From the NCBI RefSeq assembly GCF_009914755.1, contig NC_060932.1: a DNA stretch of 64,000 nucleotides; one strand, written 5' to 3'. This document shows, piece by piece, positions 11,101 to 26,100 of this stretch. The notes under the pieces are model-generated. The model did not search any database. It saw only the letters and a list, made by a program, of their open reading frames with translations, and was not told the DNA's origin. The position numbers were made by a program, and so were the translations under genes. How positions within the stretch are numbered: the first letter of the stretch is position 1; each line of letters starts with the position of its first letter. Source of the DNA: the human T2T-CHM13v2.0 reference genome, Homo sapiens.

Positions 11101-14100
11101 ATGCAGTACTTCTGGAACACTCTTTTTGAAGATTCTGCATGCGGATATTTGGATAGCTTTGAGGATTTCGTTGGAAACGGGCTTACATGTAAAAATTAGA
11201 CAGCAGCATTCTCAGAAACTTCTTTGTGGTGTCTGCATTCAAGTCACAGAATTGAACTTCCCCTCACATAGAGCAGTTGTGCAGCACTCTATTTGTAGTA
11301 TCTGGAAGTGGACATTTGGAGGGCTTTGTAGCCTATCTGGAAAAAGGAAATATCTTCCCATGAATGCGAGATAGAAGTAATCTCAGAAACATGTTTATGC
11401 TGTATCTACTCAACTAACTGTGCTGAACATTTCTATTGATAGAGCAGTTTTGAGACACTCTTCTTTTGGAATCTGCAAGTGGATATTTGGATAGATTTGA
11501 GGATTTCGTTGGAAACGGGATTATATATCAAAAGTAGACAGCAGCATTCTCAGAAACTTCTTTGTGATGTTTGCATCCAGCTCTCAGAGTTGAACATTCC
11601 CTTTCATAGAGTAGGTTTGAAACCCTCTTTTTATAGTGTCTGGAAGCGGGCATTTGGAGCGCTTTCAGGCCTATGCTTAAAATAGGAAATATCTACCTAC
11701 AGAAACTAGACAGAAGCATTCTGAGAATCACGTTTGTGATGTGGGTACTCAACTAACAGTGTTGATCCATTCTTTTGATACAGCAGTTTTGAACCACACT
11801 TTTTGTAGAATCTGCAAGAGGATATTTGGATAGCTGTGAGGATTTCGTTGGAAACGGGAATGTCTTCAAAGAAAATCTAGACAGAAGCATTCTCAGAAAC
11901 ACCTTCGTGATGTTTGCAATCAAGTCACAGAGTTGAACCTTCCGTTTCATAGAGCAGGTTGGAAACACTCTTATTGTAGTATCTGGAAGTGGACATTTGG
12001 AGCGCTTTCAGGCCTATGGTGAAAAAGGAAATATCTTCCCATAAAAACGACATAGAAGCTATCTCAGGAACTTGTTTATGATGCATCTAATCAACTAACA
12101 GTGTTGAACCTTTGTACTGACAGAGCAGTTTGAAACACTCTTTTTTTGGAATCTGCAAGTGGATATTTGGATCGCTTTGAGGATTTCGTTGGAAACGGGA
12201 TGCAATATAAAACGTACACAGCAGCATACTCAGAAAATACTTTGCCATATTTCCATTCAAGTCAGAGAGTGGAACATTCCCATTCATAGAGCAGGTTTGA
12301 AACACTCTTTTTGGAGTATCTGGAAGTGGACATTTGGAGCGCTTTCTGAACTATGGTGAAAAAGGAAATATCTTCCAATGAAAACAAGACAGAAGCATTC
12401 TGAGAAACTTATTTGTGATGTGTGTCCTCAACAAACGGACTTGAACCTTTCGTTTCATGCAGTACTTCTGGAACACTCTTTTTGAAGATTCTGCATGCGG
12501 ATATTTGGATAGCTTTGAGGATTTCGTTGGAAAAGGGCTTACATGTAAAAATTAGACAGCAGCATTCTCAGAAACTTCTTTGTGGTGTCTGCATTCAAGT
12601 CACAGAATTGAACTTCCCCTCACATAGAGCAGTTGTGCAGCACTCTATTTGTAGTATCTGGAAGTGGACATTTGGAGGGCTTTGTAGCCTATCTGGAAAA
12701 AGGAAATATCTTCCCATGAATGCGAGATAGAAGTAATCTCAGAAACATGTTTATGCTGTATCTACTCAACTAACTGTGCTGAACATTTCTATTGATAGAG
12801 CAGTTTTGAGACACTCTTCTTTTGGAATCTGCAAGTGGATATTTGGATAGATTTGAGGATTTCGTTGGAAACGGGATTATATATCAAAAGTAGACAGCAG
12901 CATTCTCAGAAACTTCTTTGTGATGTTTGCATCCAGCTCTCAGAGTTGAACATTCCCTTTCATAGAGTAGGTTTGAAACCCTCTTTTTATAGTGTCTGGA
13001 AGCGGGCATTTGGAGCGCTTTCAGGCCTATGCTTAAAATAGGAAATATCTACCTACAGAAACTAGACAGAAGCATTCTGAGAATCACGTTTGTGATGTGG
13101 GTACTCAACTAACAGTGTTGATCCATTCTTTTGATACAGCAGTTTTGAACCACACTTTTTGTAGAATCTGCAAGAGGATATTTGGATAGCTGTGAGGATT
13201 TCGTTGGAAACGGGAATGTCTTCAAAGAAAATCTAGACAGAAGCATTCTCAGAAACACCTTCGTGATGTTTGCAATCAAGTCACAGAGTTGAACCTTCCG
13301 TTTCATAGAGCAGGTTGGAAACACTCTTATTGTAGTATCTGGAAGTGGACATTTGGAGCGCTTTCAGGCCTATGGTGAAAAAGGAAATATCTTCCCATAA
13401 AAACGACATAGAAGCTATCTCAGGAACTTGTTTATGATGCATCTAATCAACTAACAGTGTTGAACCTTTGTACTGACAGAGCAGTTTGAAACACTCTTTT
13501 TTTGGAATCTGCAAGTGGATATTTGGATCGCTTTGAGGATTTCGTTGGAAACGGGATGCAATATAAAACGTACACAGCAGCATACTCAGAAAATACTTTG
13601 CCATATTTCCATTCAAGTCAGAGAGTGGAACATTCCCATTCATAGAGCAGGTTTGAAACACTCTTTTTGGAGTATCTGGAAGTGGACATTTGGAGCGCTT
13701 TCTGAACTATGGTGAAAAAGGAAATATCTTCCAATGAAAACAAGACAGAAGCATTCTGAGAAACTTATTTGTGATGTGTGTCCTCAACAAACGGACTTGA
13801 ACCTTTCGTTTCATGCAGTACTTCTGGAACACTCTTTTTGAAGATTCTGCATGCGGATATTTGGATAGCTTTGAGGATTTCGTTGGAAACGGGCTTACAT
13901 GTAAAAATTAGACAGCAGCATTCTCAGAAACTTCTTTGTGGTGTCTGCATTCAAGTCACAGAATTGAACTTCCCCTCACATAGAGCAGTTGTGCAGCACT
14001 CTATTTGTAGTATCTCGAAGTGGACATTTGGAGGGCTTTGTAGCCTATCTGGAAAAAGGAAATATCTTCCCATGAATGCGAGATAGAAGTAATCTCAGAA

Positions 14101-17100
14101 ACATGTTTATGCTGTATCTACTCAACTAACTGTGCTGAACATTTCTATTGATAGAGCAGTTTTGAGACACTCTTCTTTTGGAATCTGCAAGTGGATATTT
14201 GGATAGATTTGAGGATTTCGTTGGAAACGGGATTATATATCAAAAGTAGACAGCAGCATTCTCAGAAACTTCTTTGTGATGTTTGCATCCAGCTCTCAGA
14301 GTTGAACATTCCCTTTCATAGAGTAGGTTTGAAACCCTCTTTTTATAGTGTCTGCAAGCGGGCATTTGGAGCGCTTTCAGGCCTATGCTTAAAATAGGAA
14401 ATATCTACCTACAGAAACTAGACAGAAGCATTCTGAGAATCACGTTTGTGATGTGGGTACTCAACTAACAGTGTTGATCCATTCTTTTGATACAGCAGTT
14501 TTGAACCACACTTTTTGTAGAATCTGCAAGAGGATATTTGGATAGCTGTGAGGATTTCGTTGGAAACGGGAATGTCTTCAAAGAAAATCTAGACAGAAGC
14601 ATTCTCAGAAACACCTTCGTGATGTTTGCAATCAAGTCACAGAGTTGAACCTTCCGTTTCATAGAGCAGGTTGGAAACACTCTTATTGTAGTATCTGGAA
14701 GTGGACATTTGGAGCGCTTTCAGGCCTATGGTGAAAAAGGAAATATCTTCCCATAAAAACGACATAGAAGCTATCTCAGGAACTTGTTTATGATGCATCT
14801 AATCAACTAACAGTGTTGAACCTTTGTACTGACAGAGCAGTTTGAAACACTCTTTTTTTGGAATCTGCAAGTGGATATTTGGATCGCTTTGAGGATTTCG
14901 TTGGAAACGGGATGCAATATAAAACGTACACAGCAGCATACTCAGAAAATACTTTGCCATATTTCCATTCAAGTCAGAGAGTGGAACATTCCCATTCATA
15001 GAGCAGGTTTGAAACACTCTTTTTGGAGTATCTGGAAGTGGACATTTGGAGCGCTTTCTGAACTATGGTGAAAAAGGAAATATCTTCCAATGAAAACAAG
15101 ACAGAAGCATTCTGAGAAACTTATTTGTGATGTGTGTCCTCAACAAACGGACTTGAACCTTTCGTTTCATGCAGTACTTCTGGAACACTCTTTTTGAAGA
15201 TTCTGCATGCGGATATTTGGATAGCTTTGAGGATTTCGTTGGAAACGGGCTTACATGTAAAAATTAGACAGCAGCATTCTCAGAAACTTCTTTGTGGTGT
15301 CTGCATTCAAGTCACAGAATTGAACTTCCCCTCACATAGAGCAGTTGTGCAGCACTCTATTTGTAGTATCTGGAAGTGGACATTTGGAGGGCTTTGTAGC
15401 CTATCTGGAAAAAGGAAATATCTTCCCATGAATGCGAGATAGAAGTAATCTCAGAAACATGTTTATGCTGTATCTACTCAACTAACTGTGCTGAACATTT
15501 CTATTGATAGAGCAGTTTTGAGACACTCTTCTTTTGGAATCTGCAAGTGGATATTTGGATAGATTTGAGGATTTCGTTGGAAACGGGATTATATATAAAA
15601 AGTAGACAGCAGCATTCTCAGAAACTTCTTTGTGATGTTTGCATCCAGCTCTCAGAGTTGAACATTCCCTTTCATAGAGTAGGTTTGAAACCCTCTTTTT
15701 ATAGTGTCTGCAAGCGGGCATTTGGAGCGCTTTCAGGCCTATGCTTAAAATAGGAAATATCTACCTACAGAAACTAGACAGAAGCATTCTGAGAATCACG
15801 TTTGTGATGTGGGTACTCAACTAACAGTGTTGATCCATTCTTTTGATACAGCAGTTTTGAACCACACTTTTTGTAGAATCTGCAAGAGGATATTTGGATA
15901 GCTGTGAGGATTTCGTTGGAAACGGGAATGTCTTCAAAGAAAATCTAGACAGAAGCATTCTCAGAAACACCTTCGTGATGTTTGCAATCAAGTCACAGAG
16001 TTGAACCTTCCGTTTCATAGAGCAGGTTGGAAACACTCTTATTGTAGTATCTGGAAGTGGACATTTGGAGCGCTTTCAGGCCTATGGTGAAAAAGGAAAT
16101 ATCTTCCCATAAAAACGACATAGAAGCTATCTCAGGAACTTGTTTATGATGCATCTAATCAACTAACAGTGTTGAACCTTTGTACTGACAGAGCAGTTTG
16201 AAACACTCTTTTTTTGGAATCTGCAAGTGGATATTTGGATCGCTTTGAGGATTTCGTTGGAAACGGGATGCAATATAAAACGTACACAGCAGCATACTCA
16301 GAAAATACTTTGCCATATTTCCATTCAAGTCACAGAGTGGAACATTCCCATTCATAGAGCAGGTTTGAAACACTCTTTTTGGAGTATCTGGAAGTGGACA
16401 TTTGGAGCGCTTTCTGAACTATGGTGAAAAAGGAAATATCTTCCAATGAAAACAAGACAGAAGCATTCTGAGAAACTTATTTGTGATGTGTGTCCTCAAC
16501 AAACGGACTTGAACCTTTCGTTTCATGCAGTACTTCTGGAACACTCTTTTTGAAGATTCTGCATGCGGATATTTGGATAGCTTTGAGGATTTCGTTGGAA
16601 ACGGGCTTACATGTAAAAATTAGACAGCAGCATTCTCAGAAACTTCTTTGTGGTGTCTGCATTCAAGTCACAGAATTGAACTTCCCCTCACATAGAGCAG
16701 TTGTGCAGCACTCTATTTGTAGTATCTGGAAGTGGACATTTGGAGGGCTTTGTAGCCTATCTGGAAAAAGGAAATATCTTCCCATGAATGCGAGATAGAA
16801 GTAATCTCAGAAACATGTTTATGCTGTATCTTCTCAACTAACTGTGCTGAACATTTCTATTGATAGAGCAGTTTTGAGACACTCTTCTTTTGGAATCTGC
16901 AAGTGGATATTTGGATAGATTTGAGGATTTCGTTGGAAACGGGATTATATATAAAAAGTAGACAGCAGCATTCTCAGAAACTTCTTTGTGATGTTTGCAT
17001 CCAGCTCTCAGAGTTGAACATTCCCTTTCATAGAGTAGGTTTGAAACCCTCTTTTTATAGTGTCTGGAAGCGGGCATTTGGAGCGCTTTCAGGCCTATGC

Positions 17101-20100
17101 TTAAAATAGGAAATATCTACCTACAGAAACTAGACAGAAGCATTCTGAGAATCACGTTTGTGATGTGGGTACTCAACTAACAGTGTTGATCCATTCTTTT
17201 GATACAGCAGTTTTGAACCACACTTTTTGTAGAATCTGCAAGAGGATATTTGGATAGCTGTGAGGATTTCGTTGGAAACGGGAATGTCTTCAAAGAAAAT
17301 CTAGACAGAAGCATTCTCAGAAACACCTTCGTGATGTTTGCAATCAAGTCACAGAGTTGAACCTTCCGTTTCATAGAGCAGGTTGGAAACACTCTTATTG
17401 TAGTATCTGGAAGTGGACATTTGGAGCGCTTTCAGGCCTATGGTGAAAAAGGAAATATCTTCCCATAAAAACGACATAGAAGCTATCTCAGGAACTTGTT
17501 TATGATGCATCTAATCAACTAACAGTGTTGAACCTTTGTACTGACAGAGCAGTTTGAAACACTCTTTTTTTGGAATCTGCAAGTGGATATTTGGATCGCT
17601 TTGAGGATTTCGTTGGAAACGGGATGCAATATAAAACGTACACAGCAGCATACTCAGAAAATACTTTGCCATATTTCCATTCAAGTCACAGAGCGGAACA
17701 TTCCCATTCATAGAGCAGGTTTGAAACACTCTTTTTGGAGTATCTGGAAGTGGACATTTGGAGCGCTTTCTGAACTATGGTGAAAAAGGAAATATCTTCC
17801 AATGAAAACAAGACAGAAGCATTCTGAGAAACTTATTTGTGATGTGTGTCCTCAACAAACGGACTTGAACCTTTCGTTTCATGCAGTACTTCTGGAACAC
17901 TCTTTTTGAAGATTCTGCATGCGGATATTTGGATAGCTTTGAGGATTTCGTTGGAAACGGGCTTACATGTAAAAATTAGACAGCAGCATTCTCAGAAACT
18001 TCTTTGTGGTGTCTGCATTCAAGTCACAGAATTGAACTTCCCCTCACATAGAGCAGTTGTGCAGCACTCTATTTGTAGTATCTGGAAGTGGACATTTGGA
18101 GGGCTTTGTAGCCTATCTGGAAAAAGGAAATATCTTCCCATGAATGCGAGATAGAAGTAATCTCAGAAACATGTTTATGCTGTATCTACTCAACTAACTG
18201 TGCTGAACATTTCTATTTATAGAGCAGTTTTGAGACACTCTTCTTTTGGAATCTGCAAGTGGATATTTGGATAGATTTGAGGATTTCGTTGGAAACGGGA
18301 TTATATATCAAAAGTAGACAGCAGCATTCTCAGAAACTTCTTTGTGATGTTTGCATCCAGCTCTCAGAGTTGAACATTCCCTTTCATAGAGTAGGTTTGA
18401 AACCCTCTTTTTATAGTGTCTGCAAGCGGGCATTTGGAGCGCTTTCAGGCCTATGCTTAAAATAGGAAATATCTACCTACAGAAACTAGACAGAAGCATT
18501 CTGAGAATCACGTTTGTGATGTGGGTACTCAACTAACAGTGTTGATCCATTCTTTTGATACAGCAGTTTTGAACCACACTTTTTGTAGAATCTGCAAGAG
18601 GATATTTGGATAGCTGTGAGGATTTCGTTGGAAACGGGAATGTCTTCAAAGAAAATCTAGACAGAAGCATTCTCAGAAACACCTTCGTGATGTTTGCAAT
18701 CAAGTCACAGAGTTGAACCTTCCGTTTCATAGAGCAGGTTGGAAACACTCTTATTGTAGTATCTGGAAGTGGACATTTGGAGCGCTTTCAGGCCTATGGT
18801 GAAAAAGGAAATATCTTCCCATAAAAACGACATAGAAGCTATCTCAGGAACTTGTTTATGATGCATCTAATCAACTAACAGTGTTGAACCTTTGTACTGA
18901 CAGAGCAGTTTGAAACACTCTTTTTTTGGAATCTGCGAGTGGATATTTGGATCGCTTTGAGGATTTCGTTGGAAACGGGATGCAATATAAAACGTACACA
19001 GCAGCATACTCAGAAAATACTTTGCCATATTTCCATTCAAGTCACAGAGTGGAACATTCCCATTCATAGAGCAGGTTTGAAACACTCTTTTTGGAGTATC
19101 TGGAAGTGGACATTTGGAGCGCTTTCTGAACTATGGTGAAAAAGGAAATATCTTCCAATGAAAACAAGACAGAAGCATTCTGAGAAACTTATTTGTGATG
19201 TGTGTCCTCAACAAACGGACTTGAACCTTTCGTTTCATGCAGTACTTCTTGAACACTCTTTTTGAAGATTCTGCATGCGGATATTTGGATAGCTTTGAGG
19301 ATTTCGTTGGAAACGGGCTTACATGTAAAAATTAGACAGCAGCATTCTCAGAAACTTCTTTGTGGTGTCTGCATTCAAGTCACAGAATTGAACTTCCCCT
19401 CACATAGAGCAGTTGTGCAGCACTCTATTTGTAGTATCTGGAAGTGGACATTTGGAGGGCTTTGTAGCCTATCTGGAAAAAGGAAATATCTTCCCATGAA
19501 TGCGAGATAGAAGTAATCTCAGAAACATGTTTATGCTGTATCTACTCAACTAACTGTGCTGAACATTTCTATTGATAGAGCAGTTTTGAGACACTCTTCT
19601 TTTGGAATCTGCAAGTGGATATTTGGATAGATTTGAGGATTTCGTTGGAAACGGGATTATATATCAAAAGTAGACAGCAGCATTCTCAGAAACTTCTTTG
19701 TGATGTTTGCATCCAGCTCTCAGAGTTGAACATTCCCTTTCATAGAGTAGGTTTGAAACCCTCTTTTTATAGTGTCTGCAAGCGGGCATTTGGAGCGCTT
19801 TCAGGCCTATGCTTAAAATAGGAAATATCTACCTACAGAAACTAGACAGAAGCATTCTGAGAATCACGTTTGTGATGTGGGTACTCAACTAACAGTGTTG
19901 ATCCATTCTTTTGATACAGCAGTTTTGAACCACACTTTTTGTAGAATCTGCAAGAGGATATTTGGATAGCTGTGAGGATTTCGTTGGAAACGGGAATGTC
20001 TTCAAAGAAAATCTAGACAGAAGCATTCTCAGAAACACCTTCGTGATGTTTGCAATCAAGTCACAGAGTTGAACCTTCCGTTTCATAGAGCAGGTTGGAA

Positions 20101-23100
20101 ACACTCTTATTGTAGTATCTGGAAGTGGACATTTGGAGCGCTTTCAGGCCTATGGTGAAAAAGGAAATATCTTCCCATAAAAACGACATAGAAGCTATCT
20201 CAGGAACTTGTTTATGATGCATCTAATCAACTAACAGTGTTGAACCTTTGTACTGACAGAGCAGTTTGAAACACTCTTTTTTTGGAATCTGCAAGTGGAT
20301 ATTTGGATCGCTTTGAGGATTTCGTTGGAAACGGGATGCAATATAAAACGTACACAGCAGCATACTCAGAAAATACTTTGCCATATTTCCATTCAAGTCA
20401 CAGAGTGGAACATTCCCATTCATAGAGCAGGTTTGAAACACTCTTTTTGGAGTATCTGGAAGTGGACATTTGGAGCGCTTTCTGAACTATGGTGAAAAAG
20501 GAAATATCTTCCAATGAAAACAAGACAGAAGCATTCTGAGAAACTTATTTGTGATGTGTGTCCTCAACAAACGGACTTGAACCTTTCGTTTCATGCAGTA
20601 CTTCTGGAACACTCTTTTTGAAGATTCTGCATGCGGATATTTGGATAGCTTTGAGGATTTCGTTGGAAACGGGCTTACATGTAAAAATTAGACAGCAGCA
20701 TTCTCAGAAACTTCTTTGTGGTGTCTGCATTCAAGTCACAGAATTGAACTTCCCCTCACATAGAGCAGTTGTGCAGCACTCTATTTGTAGTATCTGGAAG
20801 TGGACATTTGGAGGGCTTTGTAGCCTATCTGGAAAAAGGAAATATCTTCCCATGAATGCGAGATAGAAGTAATCTCAGAAACATGTTTATGCTGTATCTA
20901 CTCAACTAACTGTGCTGAACATTTCTATTGATAGAGCAGTTTTGAGACACTCTTCTTTTGGAATCTGCAAGTGGATATTTGGATAGATTTGAGGATTTCG
21001 TTGGAAACGGGATTATATATAAAAAGTAGACAGCAGCATTCTCAGAAACTTCTTTGTGATGTTTGCATCCAGCTCTCAGAGTTGAACATTCCCTTTCATA
21101 GAGTAGGTTTGAAACCCTCTTTTTATAGTGTCTGGAAGCGGGCATTTGGAGCGCTTTCAGGCCTATGCTTAAAATAGGAAATATCTACCTACAGAAACTA
21201 GACAGAAGCATTCTGAGAATCACGTTTGTGATGTGGGTACTCAACTAACAGTGTTGATCCATTCTTTTGATACAGCAGTTTTGAACCACACTTTTTGTAG
21301 AATCTGCAAGAGGATATTTGGATAGCTGTGAGGATTTCGTTGGAAACGGGAATGTCTTCAAAGAAAATCTAGACAGAAGCATTCTCAGAAACACCTTCGT
21401 GATGTTTGCAATCAAGTCACAGAGTTGAACCTTCCGTTTCATAGAGCAGGTTGGAAACACTCTTATTGTAGTATCTGGAAGTGGACATTTGGAGCGCTTT
21501 CAGGCCTATGGTGAAAAAGGAAATATCTTCCCATAAAAACGACATAGAAGCTATCTCAGGAACTTGTTTATGATGCATCTAATCAACTAACAGTGTTGAA
21601 CCTTTGTACTGACAGAGGAGTTTGAAACACTCTTTTTTTGGAATCTGCAAGTGGATATTTGGATCGCTTTGAGGATTTCGTTGGAAACGGGATGCAATAT
21701 AAAACGTACACAGCAGCATACTCAGAAAATACTTTGCCATATTTCCATTCAAGTCACAGAGTGGAACATTCCCATTCATAGAGCAGGTTTGAAACACTCT
21801 TTTTGGAGTATCTGGAAGTGGACATTTGGAGCGCTTTCTGAACTATGGTGAAAAAGGAAATATCTTCCAATGAAAACAAGACAGAAGCATTCTGAGAAAC
21901 TTATTTGTGATGTGTGTCCTCAACAAACGGACTTGAACCTTTCGTTTCATGCAGTACTTCTGGAACACTCTTTTTGAAGATTCTGCATGCGGATATTTGG
22001 ATAGCTTTGAGGATTTCGTTGGAAACGGGCTTACATGTAAAAATTAGACAGCAGCATTCTCAGAAACTTCTTTGTGGTGTCTGCATTCAAGTCACAGAAT
22101 TGAACTTCCCCTCACATAGAGCAGTTGTGCAGCACTCTATTTGTAGTATCTGGAAGTGGACATTTGGAGGGCTTTGTAGCCTATCTGGAAAAAGGAAATA
22201 TCTTCCCATGAATGCGAGATAGAAGTAATCTCAGAAACATGTTTATGCTGTATCTACTCAACTAACTGTGCTGAACATTTCTATTGATAGAGCAGTTTTG
22301 AGACACTCTTCTTTTGGAATCTGCAAGTGGATATTTGGATAGATTTGAGGATTTCGTTGGAAACGGGATTATATATCAAAAGTAGACAGCAGCATTCTCA
22401 GAAACTTCTTTGTGATGTTTGCATCCAGCTCTCAGAGTTGAACATTCCCTTTCATAGAGTAGGTTTGAAACCCTCTTTTTATAGTGTCTGGAAGCGGGCA
22501 TTTGGAGCGCTTCAGGCCTATGCTTAAAATAGGAAATATCTACCTACAGAAACTAGACAGAAGCATTCTGAGAATCACGTTTGTGATGTGGGTACTCAAC
22601 TAACAGTGTTGATCCATTCTTTTGATACAGCAGTTTTGAACCACACTTTTTGTAGAATCTGCAAGAGGATATTTGGATAGCTGTGAGGATTTCGTTGGAA
22701 ACGGGAATGTCTTCAAAGAAAATCTAGACAGAAGCATTCTCAGAAACACCTTCGTGATGTTTGCAATCAAGTCACAGAGTTGAACCTTCCGTTTCATAGA
22801 GCAGGTTGGAAACACTCTTATTGTAGTATCTGGAAGTGGACATTTGGAGCGCTTTCAGGCCTATGGTGAAAAAGGAAATATCTTCCCATAAAAACGACAT
22901 AGAAGCTATCTCAGGAACTTGTTTATGATGCATCTAATCAACTAACAGTGTTGAACCTTTGTACTGACAGAGCAGTTTGAAACACTCTTTTTTTGGAATC
23001 TGCAAGTGGATATTTGGATCGCTTTGAGGATTTCGTTGGAAACGGGATGCAATATAAAACGTACACAGCAGCATACTCAGAAAATACTTTGCCATATTTC

Positions 23101-26100
23101 CATTCAAGTCACAGAGTGGAACATTCCCATTCATAGAGCAGGTTTGAAACACTCTTTTTGGAGTATCTGGAAGTGGACATTTGGAGCGCTTTCTGAACTA
23201 TGGTGAAAAAGGAAATATCTTCCAATGAAAACAACACAGAAGCATTCTGAGAAACTTATTTGTGATGTGTGTCCTCAACAAACGGACTTGAACCTTTCGT
23301 TTCATGCAGTACTTCTGGAACACTCTTTTTGAAGATTCTGCATGCGGATATTTGGATAGCTTTGAGGATTTCGTTGGAAACGGGCTTACATGTAAAAATT
23401 AGACAGCAGCATTCTCAGAAACTTCTTTGTGGTGTCTGCATTCAAGTCACAGAATTGAACTTCCCCTCACATAGAGCAGTTGTGCAGCACTCTATTTGTA
23501 GTATCTGGAAGTGGACATTTGGAGGGCTTTGTAGCCTATCTGGAAAAAGGAAATATCTTCCCATGAATGCGAGATAGAAGTAATCTCAGAAACATGTTTA
23601 TGCTGTATCTACTCAACTAACTGTGCTGAACATTTCTATTGATAGAGCAGTTTTGAGACACTCTTCTTTTGGAATCTGCAAGTGGATATTTGGATAGATT
23701 TGAGGATTTCGTTGGAAACGGGATTATATATAAAAAGTAGACAGCAGCATTCTCAGAAACTTCTTTGTGATGTTTGCATCCAGCTCTCAGAGTTGAACAT
23801 TCCCTTTCATAGAGTAGGTTTGAAACCCTCTTTTTATAGTGTCTGCAAGCGGGCATTTGGAGCGCTTTCAGGCCTATGCTTAAAATAGGAAATATCTACC
23901 TACAGAAACTAGACAGAAGCATTCTGAGAATCACGTTTGTGATGTGGGTACTCAACTAACAGTGTTGATCCATTCTTTTGATACAGCAGTTTTGAACCAC
24001 ACTTTTTGTAGAATCTGCAAGAGGATATTTGGATAGCTGTGAGGATTTCGTTGGAAACGGGAATGTCTTCAAAGAAAATCTAGACAGAAGCATTCTCAGA
24101 AACACCTTCGTGATGTTTGCAATCAAGTCACAGAGTTGAACCTTCCGTTTCATAGAGCAGGTTGGAAACACTCTTATTGTAGTATCTGGAAGTGGACATT
24201 TGGAGCGCTTTCAGGCCTATGGTGAAAAAGGAAATATCTTCCCATAAAAACGACATAGAAGCTATCTCAGGAACTTGTTTATGATGCATCTAATCAACTA
24301 ACAGTGTTGAACCTTTGTACTGACAGAGCAGTTTGAAACACTCTTTTTTTGGAATCTGCAAGTGGATATTTGGATCGCTTTGAGGATTTCGTTGGAAACG
24401 GGATGCAATATAAAACGTACACAGCAGCATACTCAGAAAATACTTTGCCATATTTCCATTCAAGTCAGAGAGTGGAACATTCCCATTCATAGAGCAGGTT
24501 TGAAACACTCTTTTTGGAGTATCTGGAAGTGGACATTTGGAGCGCTTTCTGAACTATGGTGAAAAAGGAAATATCTTCCAATGAAAACAAGACAGAAGCA
24601 TTCTGAGAAACTTATTTGTGATGTGTGTCCTCAACAAACGGACTTGAACCTTTCGTTTCATGCAGTACTTCTGGAACACTCTTTTTGAAGATTCTGCATG
24701 CGGATATTTGGATAGCTTTGAGGATTTCGTTGGAAACGGGCTTACATGTAAAAATTAGACAGCAGCATTCTCAGAAACTTCTTTGTGGTGTCTGCATTCA
24801 AGTCACAGAATTGAACTTCCCCTCACATAGAGCAGTTGTGCAGCACTCTATTTGTAGTATCTGGAAGTGGACATTTGGAGGGCTTTGTAGCCTATCTGGA
24901 AAAAGGAAATATCTTCCCATGAATGCGAGATAGAAGTAATCTCAGAAACATGTTTATGCTGTATCTACTCAACTAACTGTGCTGAACATTTCTATTGATA
25001 GAGCAGTTTTCAGACACTCTTCTTTTGGAATCTGCAAGTGGATATTTGGATAGATTTGAGGATTTCGTTGGAAACGGGATTATATATCAAAAGTAGACAG
25101 CAGCATTCTCAGAAACTTCTTTGTGATGTTTGCATCCAGCTCTCAGAGTTGAACATTCCCTTTCATAGAGTAGGTTTGAAACCCTCTTTTTATAGTGTCT
25201 GGAAGCGGGCATTTGGAGCGCTTTCAGGCCTATGCTTAAAATAGGAAATATCTACCTACAGAAACTAGACAGAAGCATTCTGAGAATCACGTTTGTGATG
25301 TGGGTACTCAACTAACAGTGTTGATCCATTCTTTTGATACAGCAGTTTTGAACCACACTTTTTGTAGAATCTGCAAGAGGATATTTGGATAGCTGTGAGG
25401 ATTTCGTTGGAAACGGGAATGTCTTCAAAGAAAATCTAGACAGAAGCATTCTCAGAAACACCTTCGTGATGTTTGCAATCAAGTCACAGAGTTGAACCTT
25501 CCGTTTCATAGAGCAGGTTGGAAACACTCTTATTGTAGTATCTGGAAGTGGACATTTGGAGCGCTTTCAGGCCTATGGTGAAAAAGGAAATATCTTCCCA
25601 TAAAAACGACATAGAAGCTATCTCAGGAACTTGTTTATGATGCATCTAATCAACTAACAGTGTTGAACCTTTGTACTGACAGAGCAGTTTGAAACACTCT
25701 TTTTTTGGAATCTGCAAGTGGATATTTGGATCGCTTTGAGGATTTCGTTGGAAACGGGATGCAATATAAAACGTACACAGCAGCATACTCAGAAAATACT
25801 TTGCCATATTTCCATTCAAGTCACAGAGTGGAACATTCCCATTCATAGAGCAGGTTTGAAACACTCTTTTTGGAGTATCTGGAAGTGGACATTTGGAGCG
25901 CTTTCTGAACTATGGTGAAAAAGGAAATATCTTCCAATGAAAACAAGACAGAAGCATTCTGAGAAACTTATTTGTGATGTGTGTCCTCAACAAACGGACT
26001 TGAACCTTTCGTTTCATGCAGTACTTCTGGAACACTCTTTTTGAAGATTCTGCATGCGGATATTTGGATAGCTTTGAGGATTTCGTTGGAAACGGGCTTA

